A stretch of DNA of 64,000 nucleotides from Malacoraja senta (taxonomy: Eukaryota). Made by a program: the position numbers and the translations under genes. The DNA is taken from NCBI GenBank assembly GCA_038087875.1, contig JAXLNO010000101.1, forward strand, positions 62,001-126,000, in the 5' to 3' direction. Positions within the stretch are counted from its first letter, which is position 1. Each line of letters opens with the position of its first letter. Below the pieces are notes generated by a model that saw only the letters and a list, made by a program, of their open reading frames with translations, searched no databases and had not been told where the DNA came from. Shown in pieces: positions 49,632-63,900 of this stretch.

Positions 49632-52600
49632 TCAACCGAAACCACCATTTGCGTTTTCAAACCACCATTTGCATTTTCAAACCAAACCACCATTTGCATT
49701 TTCAATCCAATCCTTTTGCATTTTCAAACCAAATCACCATCTGCATTTTCAATCCAAACCGTTTGCATTTTCAAACCAAACCTTTTGCATTTTGAAACAA
49801 AATCACTATTTGCATTTTCAAACCACACCTCCTTTTGCATTTTCAAACCAAACCACCATTTGCATTTTCAAACCAAATCACCATTTGCATTTTCAAACCA
49901 AACCACCTTTTGCATTTTCAAAGCAAACCACTTTTTACGTTTTCAAAGCAAACCTTTTGCATTTTCAAACCAAACCTCCTTTTGCTTTTGCAAACCAAAC
50001 CACCATTTGCAATTTCAAGCCAAACCACCATTTGCATTTCCAAAGCAAACCTTCATTTCAATTTTCAAAGCAAACCTTTTGCATTTTCAAAGCAAACCTT
50101 TTGCATTTTCAAAGCAAATCATTTGCATTATCAAATCAAACCCTTTGCATTTTCAATGCAAACCTTTTGCATTTTCTCAACAAACATTTTGCCATTTCAA
50201 AGCAAACCTTTTGCATTTTCTTAGCAAACATTTTGCATTTTCAAAGCAAACCTTTTGCATTTTCAAAGCAAACAACCTGTTGCATTTTCAAAGTAAACCT
50301 TTTGCATTTTCAAAGCAATCCACATTTTGCATTTCCAAACCAAACCACCATTTGTTTTTTCAACCCAAACCACCATTTGCGTTTTCAAACCACCATTTGC
50401 ATTTTCAATCCAATCCTTTTGCATTTTCAAACCAAATCACGATCTGCATTTTCAATCCAAACCGTTTGCATTATCAAACCATACCATCTTTTGCATTTTC
50501 AAACCAAATCACCATTTGCATTTTCAAACCAAACCACCACTTGCATTTTCAAAGCAAACCACCATTTGAATGTTCAAACCAAAACTTTTGCCTTTTCAAA
50601 GCAAACCTTTTGCATTTTGAAACCAAACCTTTTTCATTTTCACTACAAACCACCATTTGCATTTTCAAACAAAACCACTATTTGCATTTTCAAACCACAC
50701 CTCCTTTTGCATTTTCAAACCAAACCACCTTTTGCATTTCCAAACCAAACCACCATTAGCGTTTTCAACCAAACCACCATTTGCATTTTCAAACCAAACC
50801 ACCATTTGCATTTCCAAAGCAAACCTTCATTTCAATTATCAAAGCAAACCTTTTGCATTTTCAAAGTAAACCTTTTGCATTTTCAAAGCAAATCATTTGC
50901 ATTATCACAGCAAACCCTTTGCATTTTCAATGCAAACCTTTTGCATTTTCTCAGCAAACATTTTGCAATTTCAAAGCAAACCATTTGCATTTTCTCAGCA
51001 AACATTTTGCATTTTCAAAGCAAATCTTTTGCATTTTCAAAGCAAACAACCTGTTGCATTTTCAAAGTAAACCTTTTGCATTTTCAAAGCAAACCACATT
51101 TTGCATTTCCAAACCAAACCACCATTTGTTTTTTCAACCCAAACCACCATTTGCGTTTTCAAACCACCATTTGCATTTTCAAACCAAACGACCATTTGCA
51201 TTTTCAATCCAATCCTTTTGCATTTTCAAATCAAACCACCATATGCATTTTCAAACCAAACCTCATTTTGCATTTTCAAACCAAACATCCTTTTGCATTT
51301 TCAAAGCAAACCTTTTGCATTTTTCATAGCAAACCACCGTCTGCATTTTCAAAGCAAACCACCGTTTGCATTTTCAAAGCAAACCACCTTTTGCATTTTC
51401 AAACCCAACCTTTTGCATTTTCAAACCAAACCTTTTGCATTTTGAAACCAAACCTTTTTCATTTTCACTCCAAACCACCATTTGCATTTTCAAACAAAAC
51501 CACTATTTGCATTTTCAAACCACACATCCTTTTGCATTTTCAAACCAAACCACCTTTTGCATTTCCAAACCAAACCACCATTAGCGTTTTCAACCAAACC
51601 ACCTTTTGCATTATCAAAGCAAACCACTTTTTCCATTTTCAAACGAAACCTCCTTTTGCATTTTAAAAGCATATTTTGCATTTTCAAAACAAACATTTTG
51701 CATTTTCAAAGCAAACCACTTATTGCATTTTAAAACCAAACCATATGCATTTTCAAAGCAAACTTTTTGCATTTACAATCCAAACATCCTTTTGCATTTT
51801 CAAACCAAACCACCATTTGCGTTTTGAAACCAAACCTCCATTTGCATTTTCAATCCAAACCTTTTGCATTTTCAACCCAAACCTCCTTTTGCATTCTCAA
51901 ACCAAATCTTTTGCATTTTTAAACAAAAACTCCTTTTTGCATTTTCAAACCAGACCACCATTTGCATTTTCAAATCAAACCACCATATGCATTTTCAAAC
52001 CAAACCTCCTTTTGCATTTTCAAATCAAACATCCTTTTGCATTTTCAAAGCAAACCTTTTGCATTTTCATAGCAAACCACCGTCTGCGTTTTCAAAGCAA
52101 ACCACCGTTTGCATTTTCAAAGCAATCAACCTTTTGCATTTTCTAAGCAAACCTTTTGCATTTTCAAAGCAAACCACCTTTTGCATTTTCAAACCAAACC
52201 TCCTTTTGCATTTTCAACCCAAACCGCCTTTAGCATTTTCAAAGCAAACCACTTATTGCATTTTCAAAGCAAACCTTTTGCATTTTCAAAGCAACCCTTT
52301 TGATTTTCAAACCAAACAACCATTTGCATTTTCAAACCAAACCTTTTGCATTTTTAAACCTAACCATTTGCATTTCCAAACCAAACCTTTTGCATTTTCA
52401 AACCAAACCTCCTTTTGCATATTCCAAGCCAACCTATTACATTTTCAAAGCAAACCTTTTGCATTTTCGAGCGAAACCGCCTTTTGCATTTTAAAACCAA
52501 ACCACCATTTGCATTTTCAATCCAAACTACCATTTGCGTTTTCAAACCAAACCTCCTTTTGCATGTTCAAACCGAACCAACATTTGCATTAGCAAGCCAA

Positions 52601-55600
52601 ACCACCAATGCATTTTCAAACCAAACCACCATTTGCATTTTCAAACAAAACCACATTTGCATTTTCAAAGCACACCTTTTGCATTTTCAAAGCAGAGCTT
52701 TTGCATTTTCAAACCAAACCTTTTCCATTTTCAGATCTAAACTTTTGCATTTTCAAACCAAACCAGCATTTGCATTTTCAAACCAAACCACCATTTGCAT
52801 TTTCAATCCAAACCACTTTTTACGTTTTCAAAGCAAACCTTTTGCATTTTCAAACCAAACCTCCTTTTGCTTTTTCAAACCAAACCACCATTTTCATTTT
52901 CAATCCAAACATTTTGCATTTTCAAACTAAATCACCATGTGCATTTTCAATCCAAACCGTTTGCATTTTCAAACCAAATCACCATTTGCATTTTCAAATC
53001 AAATCACAATTTGCATATTCAAACCAAACCACCACTTGCATTTTCAAAGCAAACCACCATTTCAATTTTCAAACCAAACCTTTTGCATTTTGAAACCAAA
53101 CCTGTTGCATATTGAAACCAAACTAAGCAAACCTTTTGCATTTTCAAAGCAAACCGCCTTTTGCATTTTCAAAGCAAACCACCTTTTGCATTTTCAAACC
53201 ACACCTCCTTTTGCATTTTCAACCCAAACCACATTTTGAAAGCAAACCACTTTTTGCATTTTCAAGGCAAACCTTTTGCATTTTCAAACCAAACTTCCTT
53301 TTGCATTTTCAAAGCAAACCACCATATGCATTTTCAAACCAAAAAAACAATTGTATTTTCAAACCAAATCTTTTGCATTTTCAAACCAAACCTGCTTTTG
53401 CATTTTCCAAGCCAACCTAATGCATTTTCAAAGCAAACCTTTTGCATTTTCAAAGCAAACCTTTTGCATTTTCAAGCGAAACCGCCTTTTGCATTTTCAA
53501 ACCAAACAACAATTTGCATTTTCAAACCAAACCACCATTTGCATTTTCAAACCAAACCACCATTTGCATTTTCAAAACAAACCTCCTTTTGCATGTTCAA
53601 ACCGAACCACCATTTGCATTTGCAAGCCAAACCAACATTGCATTTCCAAACCAAACCTCCTTTTGCATTTTCAAAGCAAACCTTTTGCATTTTCAAGCGA
53701 AACCGCCTTTTGCATTTTCAAACCAAACCACCTTTTGCATTTTCAAAGCAAACCTTTTGCATTTTCATACCAAACCTCCTTTTGCATTTTCAAACCAAAC
53801 TTCCTTTTGCATTTTCAAAGGAAACCTTTTGCATTTTCATAGCTAACCACCGTTTGCATTTTCAAAGCAAACCACCGTTTGCATTTTCAAAGCAATCCAC
53901 CTTATGCATTTTCTAAGCAAACCTTTTGCATTTTCAAAGCAAACCACCTTTTGCATTTTCAAACAAAACCTCCTTTTGCATTTTCAAACCAAACCTCCTT
54001 TTGCATCTTCAAAGCAAACTACCATTTGCATTTTGAATGCAAACCTTTTGCATTTTCAAAGCAAACCACATTTTTATTTCCAAACCAAATCACCATTTAC
54101 ATTTTCAACACAAACCACCTATTGCATTTTCAAAGCAAACCACCTTTTGCATTTTCAAAGCAACCTTTTTGCATTTTCAAACCATACCTCCTTTTGCATT
54201 TTCAATCCAAACCATTTGCGTTTTCAAACGAAACCACCATTTGCATTTTCAAACCCTAACCTTTCGCATTTTCAAACCTAACCATTTGCATTTTGAAACC
54301 AAACCTTTTGCATTTCCAAACCAAAACTCCTTTTGCATTTTCAAACCAAACCTCCTTTTGCATTTTCAAATCAAACCATCATTTGCATTTTCAAACCAAA
54401 CCACCATTTGCATTTTCAAAGCAAACCACCATTTGCATTTTCAAACAAAACCACCATTTGCATTTTCAAAGCAAACCTTTTCCATTTTCAAAGCAGACCT
54501 TTTATATTTCAGACCTAACCTTTTGAATTTTCAAACCAAACCTTTATTATTTTTCTAACCAAACGTTTTGCATTTTCAAGCCAAACCACCATTTGCTTTC
54601 TCAAACCAAATCACCATTTGCATTTTGAAACCAAACCATCTTTTGCATTTTCCAACCAAACTTTCTTTTGCATTTTCAAAGCAAACCTTTTGCATTTTCA
54701 AAGCAAACCTTTTGCATTTTGCAACAAAACCTCCTTTTACATTTTCAAACCAAACCACCATTTGCATTTTCAAACCAAACCACTATTTGCATTTTCAAAC
54801 CAAACCCCGTTTTCCATTTTCAAACCAAATTTCCTTTTGCCTTCTCGAACCAAACCTTTTGCATTTTCAAAACAAACCTTTTGCATTTTCCAAGCCAACC
54901 TAATGCATTTTCAAAGCAAACCTTTTGCATTTTCAAAGCAAACCTTTTGCATTTTCAAGCGAAACCGCCTTTTGCATTTTCAAACCAAACAACAATTTGC
55001 ATTTTCAAACCAAACCACCATTTGCATTTTCAAACCAAACCACCATTTGCATTTTCAAACCAAACCTCCTTTTGCATGTTCAAACCGAACCACCATTTGC
55101 ATTTGCAAGCCAAACCAACATTGCATTTCCAAACCAAACCTCCTTTTGCATTTTCAAAGCAAACCTTTTGCATTTTCAAGCGAAACCGCCTTTTGCATTT
55201 TCAAACCAAACCACCTTTTGCATTTTCAAAGCAAACCTTTTGCATTTTCATACCAAACCACCTTTTGCATTTTCAAACCAAACTTCCTTTTGCATTTTCA
55301 TAGGAAACCTTTTGCATTTTCATAGCTAACCACCGTTTGCATTTTCAAAGCAAACCACCGTTTGCATTTTCAAAGCAATCCACCTTATGCATTTTCTAAG
55401 CAAACCTTTTGCATTTTCAAAGCAAACCACCTTTTGCATTTTCAAACAAAACCTCCTTTTGCATTTTCAAACCAAACCTCCTTTTGCATCTTCAAAGCAA
55501 ACTACCATTTGCATTTTGAATGCAAACCTTTTGCATTTTCAAAGCAAACCACATTTTTATTTCCAAACCAAATCACCATTTACATTTTCAACACAAACCA

Positions 55601-56954
55601 CCTATTGCATTTTCAAAGCAAACCACCTTTTGCATTTTCAAAGCAACCTTTTTGCATTTTCAAACCATACCTCCTTTTGCATTTTCAATCCAAACCATTT
55701 GCGTTTTCAAACGAAACCACCATTTGCATTTTCAAACCCTAACCTTTCGCATTTTCAAACCTAACCATTTTCATTTTCAAACCAAACCTTTTGCATTTCC
55801 AAACCAAAACTCCTTTTGCATTTTCAAACCAAACCTCCTTTTGCATTTTCAAATCAAACCATCATTTGCATTTTCAAACCAAACCACCATTTGCATTTTC
55901 AAAGCAAACCACCATTTGCATTTTCAAACAAAACCACCATTTGCATTTTCAAAGCAAACCTTTTCCATTTTCAAAGCAGACCTTTTGCATTTCAGACCTA
56001 ACCTTTTGAATTTTCAAACCAAACCTTTATTATTTTTCTAACCAAACGTTTTGCATTTTCAAGCCAAACCACCATTTGCTTTCTCAAACCAAATCACCAT
56101 TTGCATTTTGAAACCAAACCATCTTTTGCATTTTCCAACCAAACTTTCTTTTGCATTTTCAAAGCAAACCTTTTGCATTTTCAAAGCAAACCTTTTGCAT
56201 TTTGCAACAAAACCTCCTTTTACATTTTCAAACCAAACCACCATTTGCATTTTCAAACCAAACCACTATTTGCATTTTCAAACCAAACCCCGTTTCCCAT
56301 TTTCAAACCAAATTTCCTTTTGCCTTCTCGAACCAAACCTTTTGCATTTTCAAAACAAACCTTTTGCATTTTCAAACCAAATCGTTTGCATTTTCAAAGC
56401 AAATATTTAGCATTTTCAAAGCAAACTTTTTGCATTTTCAAAGCAAACCACCTTTTGAATTTTCAATGCAAACAACCTTTTGCATTTTGAAAGCAATCCT
56501 TTTGCATTTTCAAAGCAAACCACCTTTTGCATTTCCAAACCAAACCACCATTTGCATTTTCAAATCAAACCACCATTTGCATTTTCAAACCAAACCTCTT
56601 TTCGCATTTTCAAATCAAACCTATTGCAATTTCAAAGCAAATCTTTTGCATTTTCAAAGCAAACCTTTTGTATTTTCAAAGCAAACCTTTTGCATTTTCA
56701 AAGCAAACCTTTTGCATTTTCATAGCAAATCACCTTTTGCATTTTCATAGCAAATCACCTTTTGAATTTTCATAGCAAACTACCTTTTGCATTTTCAAAG
56801 CAATCCTACTTTTCCATTTTCAAAGCAAAAAGCCTTTTGCATTTTCAAAGCACACCACCTGTTGCCTTTTCAAAGCAAACCTCCGTTTGCATTTTCAAAG
56901 CAATCCACCTTTTGCCTTTTCAACGAGAGAATTGCATTTCCATTTGCATTTGCA
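49632..56954. repeat. Satellite array block 4
   Basis: Same monomers. Includes a near-identical tandem duplication with a 1483-bp period. Confidence 0.98.
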
Positions 56955-57927
56955 TTTTGGACCAGGGAATTGAATGCAACATCTCCGAGTTTGCGGATGA
57001 CACGGAGCTGGGGGGGCAGTGTTAGCTGTGAGGAGGATGCTAGGAGGATGCATGGTGACTTGGATAGGCTGGGTGAGTGGGCAAATGCATGGCAGATGCA
57101 GTACAATGTAGATAAATGTGAGGTTATCCACTTTGGAGGCAAAAACAGGAAAGTAGACTATTATCTGAATGCTGGCCGATTAGAAAAATGGGAGATGCAA
57201 CGAGTCCTGGGTGTCATGGTACACCTGTCATTGAAAGTAGGCATGCAGGTGCAGCAGGCAGTGAAGAAAGCGAACGGTATGTTAGCATTCATAGCAAAAG
57301 GATTTGAGTATAGGAGCAGGGAGGTTCTACTGCAGTTGTACAGGGACTTGTGAGACCACACCTGAACTATTGCGTAGTTTTGGTCTCGAAATCTGAGGAA
57401 AGACATTCTTGCCTTAGAGACAGTAAAGAGAAGGTTCACCAGACTGATTCCTGGGATGTCAGGAATTTCATATTAAGAAAGACTGGATAGACTAGATTTG
57501 TACTCGCTAGAATTTAGAAGATTGAGGGGGGGTGGTTTATAGAAACGTACAAAATTCTTAAGGGGTTGCAAAGGCAAGATGCAGGAAGATTGTTCCCGAT
57601 GTTGGGGAAGTCCAGAACAAGGGGTCACAGTTTAAGGATAAAGGGGAAATCTTTTAGGACCGAGATGAGAAAAACATTTTTCAAACAGAGAGTGGGGAAT
57701 CTCTGGAATTCTCTCCCACAAAAGTTAGTTGAGGCCAGTTCATTGGCTATATTTAAGAGGGAGTTAGATGTGGCACTTGTGGCTAAGGAGATCAAGGGGT
57801 ATGGCAAGAAGGCAGGTACAGGATACTGAGTTGGATGATCAGCCATGATAATATTGAATGGCGGTGCAGGCTCGAAGAGCCGAATGGCCTACTCCTGCAC
57901 CTATTTACTACGTTTCTATGTTTCTAT
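56955..57927 (+). mobile_element. 5'-truncated CR1 LINE (about 970 bp; RT C-terminus and 3' UTR)
   Basis: SEFADDT, WA..WQMQYNVDKCEVIHFG, KKANGMLAFI, TRGHSL and LWNSLP. 3' stem-loop followed by a (gtttctat)2 tail. Confidence 0.93.
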
Positions 57928-60900
57928 ATTTTCAAAGCAAACCTTTTGCATTTTCAAAGCAAACCACCTTTTGCATTTTCAAACCAAACCTCCTTTTGCA
58001 TTTTCAATCCAAACCACCCTCAGCATTTTCAAACCAAACCACTATTTGCATTTTCAAACCAAACCACCATTTGCATTTTCATCCAAACCTCCTTTTGAAT
58101 TCTCAAACAAAGCCACCATTTCCATTAGCAAGCCGAACCACCATTTGCTTTTTCAAACCAAACCACCAGTGGCATTTTCAAGCCAAATCACCAGTCGCAT
58201 TTTCAAACCAAACCACCAATTGCATTTTCAAAGCAAACCTTTTGCATTTTCAAAGCAGACCTTTTGCATTTTCAAACCAAACCTTTTGCATTTTCAAAAC
58301 AAACCTTTTGCATTTTCAAACCAAACCTTTTGCATTTTCAAACCGAACCACCTTTTGCATTTTCAAAGCAAACCACCTTTTGCATTTTCAAAGCAAACTA
58401 CCTTTTCCATTTTCAAAGCAAACCTTTTGCATTTTCAAAGCAAACCTTTTGCATTTTCAGAGCAAACCTTTTGCATTTTCAAACCAAACCACCATTTGCA
58501 TTTTCAAACCAAACCACCATTTGCATTTTTAAACCAAGCTACCATTTGCATTTCAAACAAAACCTCCTTTTGCATTTTCAAACAAAACGACCATTTGCAT
58601 TAGCAAACCGAACCTCCATTTCCTTTTTCAAACCAAACCACCAATTGCATTTTCAAACTAAACCTTTGAATTTTCAAACAAAACCAACAATTGCATTTTC
58701 TATCCAAAGCGTTTGCATTTTCAAACAACACCAACGCTTCCATTTTCAAACCAAACCTCTTTTGCATTTTCAATCCAAACCACCATTTGCATTTTCAAAC
58801 CAAACCATCTTTTGCATTTTCAAAGCAAACCTTTTGCATTTTCAAACCAAACCAAACCTTTAGCATTTACAAAGCAAACCACCTTTTGAATTTTCAAAAC
58901 AAACCAACTTTTGCATTTTCAAATCAAACCACCATTTGTATTTTCAAAACAAATAGCCATTTGCATTTTCAAACCAAACCACCTTTTGCAATTTAAAATC
59001 AAACCTCATTTTGGATTTTCAAAGCAAACCTTTTGGATTTTCAAACCAAACCACATTTTGCATTTTCAAAGAAACCACCTTTTGCATTTTGAAGCCAAAC
59101 ATTTTGAATTTTCAAAGCAAACACCATTTGCATTTTCAAATCAAACCACCATTTGCATTTTCAAAGCAAACCTTTTTTCGCATTTTCAAATCAAACCTTT
59201 TGCATTTTTATAACAAACCTATGGCATTTTCATAGCAAACCACCTATTACATATTCGTAGTAAACCGCCTTTTGCATTTTCAAAGCAAACCACCTTTTGA
59301 ATTTTCAAAGCAAACAACCGTTTGCATTTTCAATGCAATCCACATTTTGTATTTTCAAAGCAAACCAACATTTGCATTTTCAAAGCAAACCTTTTGCATT
59401 TGCAAAGCAAACCACCTTTTCCATTTTCGAACCAAACCTCCTTTTGCATTTTCAAACCAAACCACCATTTGCATTTTCAAACCATACAACCATTTGCATT
59501 TTCAAACCAAACCACCATTTGCATTTTCAAACCAAACCTCCCTTTGCATTTTCAAACAAAACCACCATTTCATTAGCAAGCCAAACCACCATTTGCTTTT
59601 TCAAACCAAACCTCAGTCGCATTTTCAAACCAAACCACCCTTTGCATTTTCAAACCAAACCACCATTTGCATTTTCAAAGCAAACCTTTTGCATTTTCAA
59701 AACAAAACCTTTTGCAATTTCAAACCAAACCTTTTGCATTTGCAAACAAAACATTTTGCATTTTCAAACCAAGCCACTATTTGCATTTTCAAACAAAACC
59801 ATCTTTTGCATTTTCAAAGCAAACCTTTTGCATTTTGAAACCAAACCACCATTTGCATTTTCAAACCAAACCATCATTTGCATTTTCAAACCAAATAACC
59901 ATTTGCATTTTCTAACAAAACCACCTTTTGCATTTTCAAAGCTAACCACCTTTTACATTTAAAATGCAAACTACCTTTTGTATTTTCAAAGTAAAACCTT
60001 TTGCATTTTCAAAGCAAATCTTTTATATTTTCAAACCAAACCAACTTTTTCATTTCGAAACCAATCCACCATTTGCATTTTGAAACCAATCCACCTTTTG
60101 CATGTTCAAAGCAAACCTTTTGCATTTTCAAAGCAAACCTTTTGCATTTCCAAACCAAACCTTTTTCATTTTCAAACCAAACCACAATTTGCATTTTCAA
60201 ACCAAACCACCATTTGCATTTTCAAACCAAACCATCTTTTGCATTTTCAAAGCAAACCTTTTGCATTTACAAATCAAACCTCATTTTGGATTTTCAAAGC
60301 AAAACTTTTCCATTTTCTAACCAATCCTGCATTTTCAAAGCAAACCACCTTTTGCATTTTAAAAACAAACTACCTTTTGTATTTTCAAAGCAAAACTTTT
60401 TGCATTTTCAAAGCAAACCTTTTCCATTTTCAAACCAAACCAACTTTTTCGTTTCCAAACCAATCCCCCATTTGCAGTTTCAAACCATACCACCTTTTGC
60501 ATGTTCAAAGCAAACCTTTTGCATTTTCAAAACCTTTTGCATTTTCAATCTAAACCTTTTGCATTTTCAAAGCAAACCTTTTTTCGCATTTTCAAATCAA
60601 ACCTTTTGCATTTTTATAACAAACCTATGGCATTGTCATAGCAAACCACCTATTACATATTCGTAGTAAACCGCCTTTTGCATTTTCAAAGCAAACCACC
60701 TTTTGAATTTTCAAAGCAAACAACCGTTTGCATTTCCAATGCAATCCACATTTTGTATTTTCAAAGCAAACCAACATTTGCATTTTCAAAGCAAACCTTT
60801 TGCATTTGCAAAGCAAACCACCTTTTCCATTTTCGAACCAAACCTCCTTTTGCATTTTCAAACCAAACCACCATTTGCATTTTCAAACCATACAACCATT

Positions 60901-63900
60901 TGCATTTTCAAACCAAACCACCATTTGCATTTTCAAACCAAACCACCATTTGCATTTTCAAACCAAACCTCCCTTTGCATTTTCAAACAAAACCACCATT
61001 TCATTAGCAAGCCAAACCACCATTTGCTTTTTCAAACCAAACCTCAGTCGCATTTTCAAACCAAACCACCCTTAGCATTTTCAAACCAAACCACCATTTG
61101 CATTTTCAAACCAAACCACCATTTGCATTTTCAAAGCAAACCTTTTGCATTTTCAAAACAAAACCTTTTGCAATTTCAAACCAAACCTTTTGCATTTGCA
61201 AACCAAACATTTTGCATTTTCAAACCAAGCCACTATTTGCATTTTCAAACAAAACCATCTTTTGCATTTTCAAAGCAAACCTTTTGCATTTTGAAACCAA
61301 ACCACCATTTGCATTTTCAAACCAAACCATCATTTGCATTTTCAAACCAAATAACCATTTGCATTTTCTAACAAAACCACCTTTTGCATTTTCAAAGCTA
61401 ACCACCTTTTACATTTAAAATGCAAACTACCTTTTGTATTTTCAAAGTAAAACCTTTTGCATTTTCAAAGCAAATCTTTTATATTTTCAAACCAAACCAA
61501 CTTTTTCATTTCGAAACCAATCCACCATTTGCATTTTGAAACCAATCCACCTTTTGCATGTTCAAAGCAAACCTTTTGCATTTTCAAAGCAAACCTTTTG
61601 CATTTCCAAACCAAACCTTTTTCATTTTCAAACCAAACCACAATTTGCATTTTCAAACCAAACCACCATTTGCATTTTCAAACCAAACCATCTTTTGCAT
61701 TTTCAAAGCAAACCTTTTGCATTTACAAATCAAACCTCATTTTGGATTTTCAAAGCAAAACTTTTCCATTTTCTAACCAATCCTGCATTTTCAAAGCAAA
61801 CCACCTTTTGCATTTTAAAAACAAACTACCTTTTGTATTTTCAAAGCAAAACTTTTTGCATTTTCAAAGCAAACCTTTTCCATTTTCAAACCAAACCAAC
61901 TTTTTCGTTTCCAAACCAATCCCCCATTTGCAGTTTCAAACCATACCACCTTTTGCATGTTCAAAGCAAACCTTTTGCATTTTCAAACCAAACCTTTTGC
62001 ATTTTCAATCTAAACCTTTTGCATTTTCAAACGAAACCTTTTGCATTTTCAAACCACCATTTACATTTTCAAAGCAAACCATCTTTTGCATTTTCTAACC
62101 AATCCTCCTTTTGCATTTTCGAATCATATCTCATTTGGGATTTTCAAAGCAAACCTTTCGGATTTTAAAAACAAACCACCTTTTGCATTTTCAAAGCAGA
62201 CTATCTTTTGTATTTTCAAAGCAAACCTTTTGCATTGTCATACCAAACCACCATTTGAATTTTTTAACCAAACCACCATTTGCATTTTCAAACCAAATCA
62301 CCATTTGCATTTTCAAACCAAACCACCATTTGCATTTTCAAACCAAACCTCCTTTTGCATGTTCAAACCGAACCACCATTTGCATTTGCAAGCCAAACCA
62401 ACATTGCATTTCCAAACCAAACCTCCTTTTGCATTTTCAAAGCAAACCTTTTGCATTTTCAAGCGAAACCGCCTTTTGCATTTTCAAACCAAACCACCTT
62501 TTGCATTTTCAAAGCAAACCTTTTGCATTTTCATACCAAACCACCTTTTGCATTTTCAAACCAAACTTCCTTTTGCATTTTCATAGGAAACCTTTTGCAT
62601 TTTCATAGCTAACCACCGTTTGCATTTTCAAAGCAAACCACCGTTTGCATTTTCAAAGCAATCCACCTTATGCATTTTCTAAGCAAACCTTTTGCATTTT
62701 CAAAGCAAACCACCTTTTGCATTTTCAAACAAAACCTCCTTTTGCATTTTCAAACCAAACCTCCTTTTGCATCTTCAAAGCAAACTACCATTTCATTAGC
62801 AAGCCAAACCACCATTTGCTTTTTCAAACCAAACCTCAGTCGCATTTTCAAACCAAACCACCCTTAGCATTTTCAAACCAAACCACCATTTGCATTTTCA
62901 AACCAAACCACCATTTGCATTTTCAAAGCAAACCTTTTGCATTTTCAACACAAAACCTTTTGCAATTTCAAACCAAACCTTTTGCATTTGCAAACCAAAC
63001 ATTTTGCATTTTCAAACCAAGCCACTATTTGCATTTTCAAACAAAACCATCTTTTGCATTTTCAAAGCAAACCTTTTGCATTTTGAAACCAAACCACCAT
63101 TTGCATTTTCAAACCAAACCATCATTTGCATTTTCAAACCAAATAACCATTTGCATTTTCTAACAAAACCACCTTTTGCATTTTCAAAGCTAACCACCTT
63201 TTACATTTAAAATGCAAACTACCTTTTGTATTTTCAAAGTAAAACCTTTTGCATTTTCAAAGCAAATCTTTTATATTTTCAAACCAAACCAACTTTTTCA
63301 TTTCGAAACCAATCCACCATTTGCATTTTGAAACCAATCCACCTTTTGCATGTTCAAAGCAAACCTTTTGCATTTTCAAAGCAAACCTTTTGCATTTCCA
63401 AACCAAACCTTTTTCATTTTCAAACCAAACCACAATTTGCATTTTCAAACCAAACCACCATTTGCATTTTCAAACCAAACCATCTTTTGCATTTTCAAAG
63501 CAAACCTTTTGCATTTACAAATCAAACCTCATTTTGGATTTTCAAAGCAAAACTTTTCCATTTTCTAACCAATCCTGCATTTTCAAAGCAAACCACCTTT
63601 TGCATTTTAAAAACAAACTACCTTTTGTATTTTCAAAGCAAAACTTTTTGCATTTTCAAAGCAAACCTTTTCCATTTTCAAACCAAACCAACTTTTTCGT
63701 TTCCAAACCAATCCCCCATTTGCAGTTTCAAACCATACCACCTTTTGCATGTTCAAAGCAAACCTTTTGCATTTTCAAACCAAACCTTTTGCATTTTCAA
63801 TCTAAACCTTTTGCATTTTCAAACGAAACCTTTTGCATTTTCAAACCACCATTTACATTTTCAAAGCAAACCATCTTTTGCATTTTCTAACCAATCCTCC

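Noticed and set aside
60628..60648. Sox-Oct composite-like cattgtcatagcaaa
   Set aside because: It has an extra base relative to the composite motif and is a single satellite variant expected by chance.
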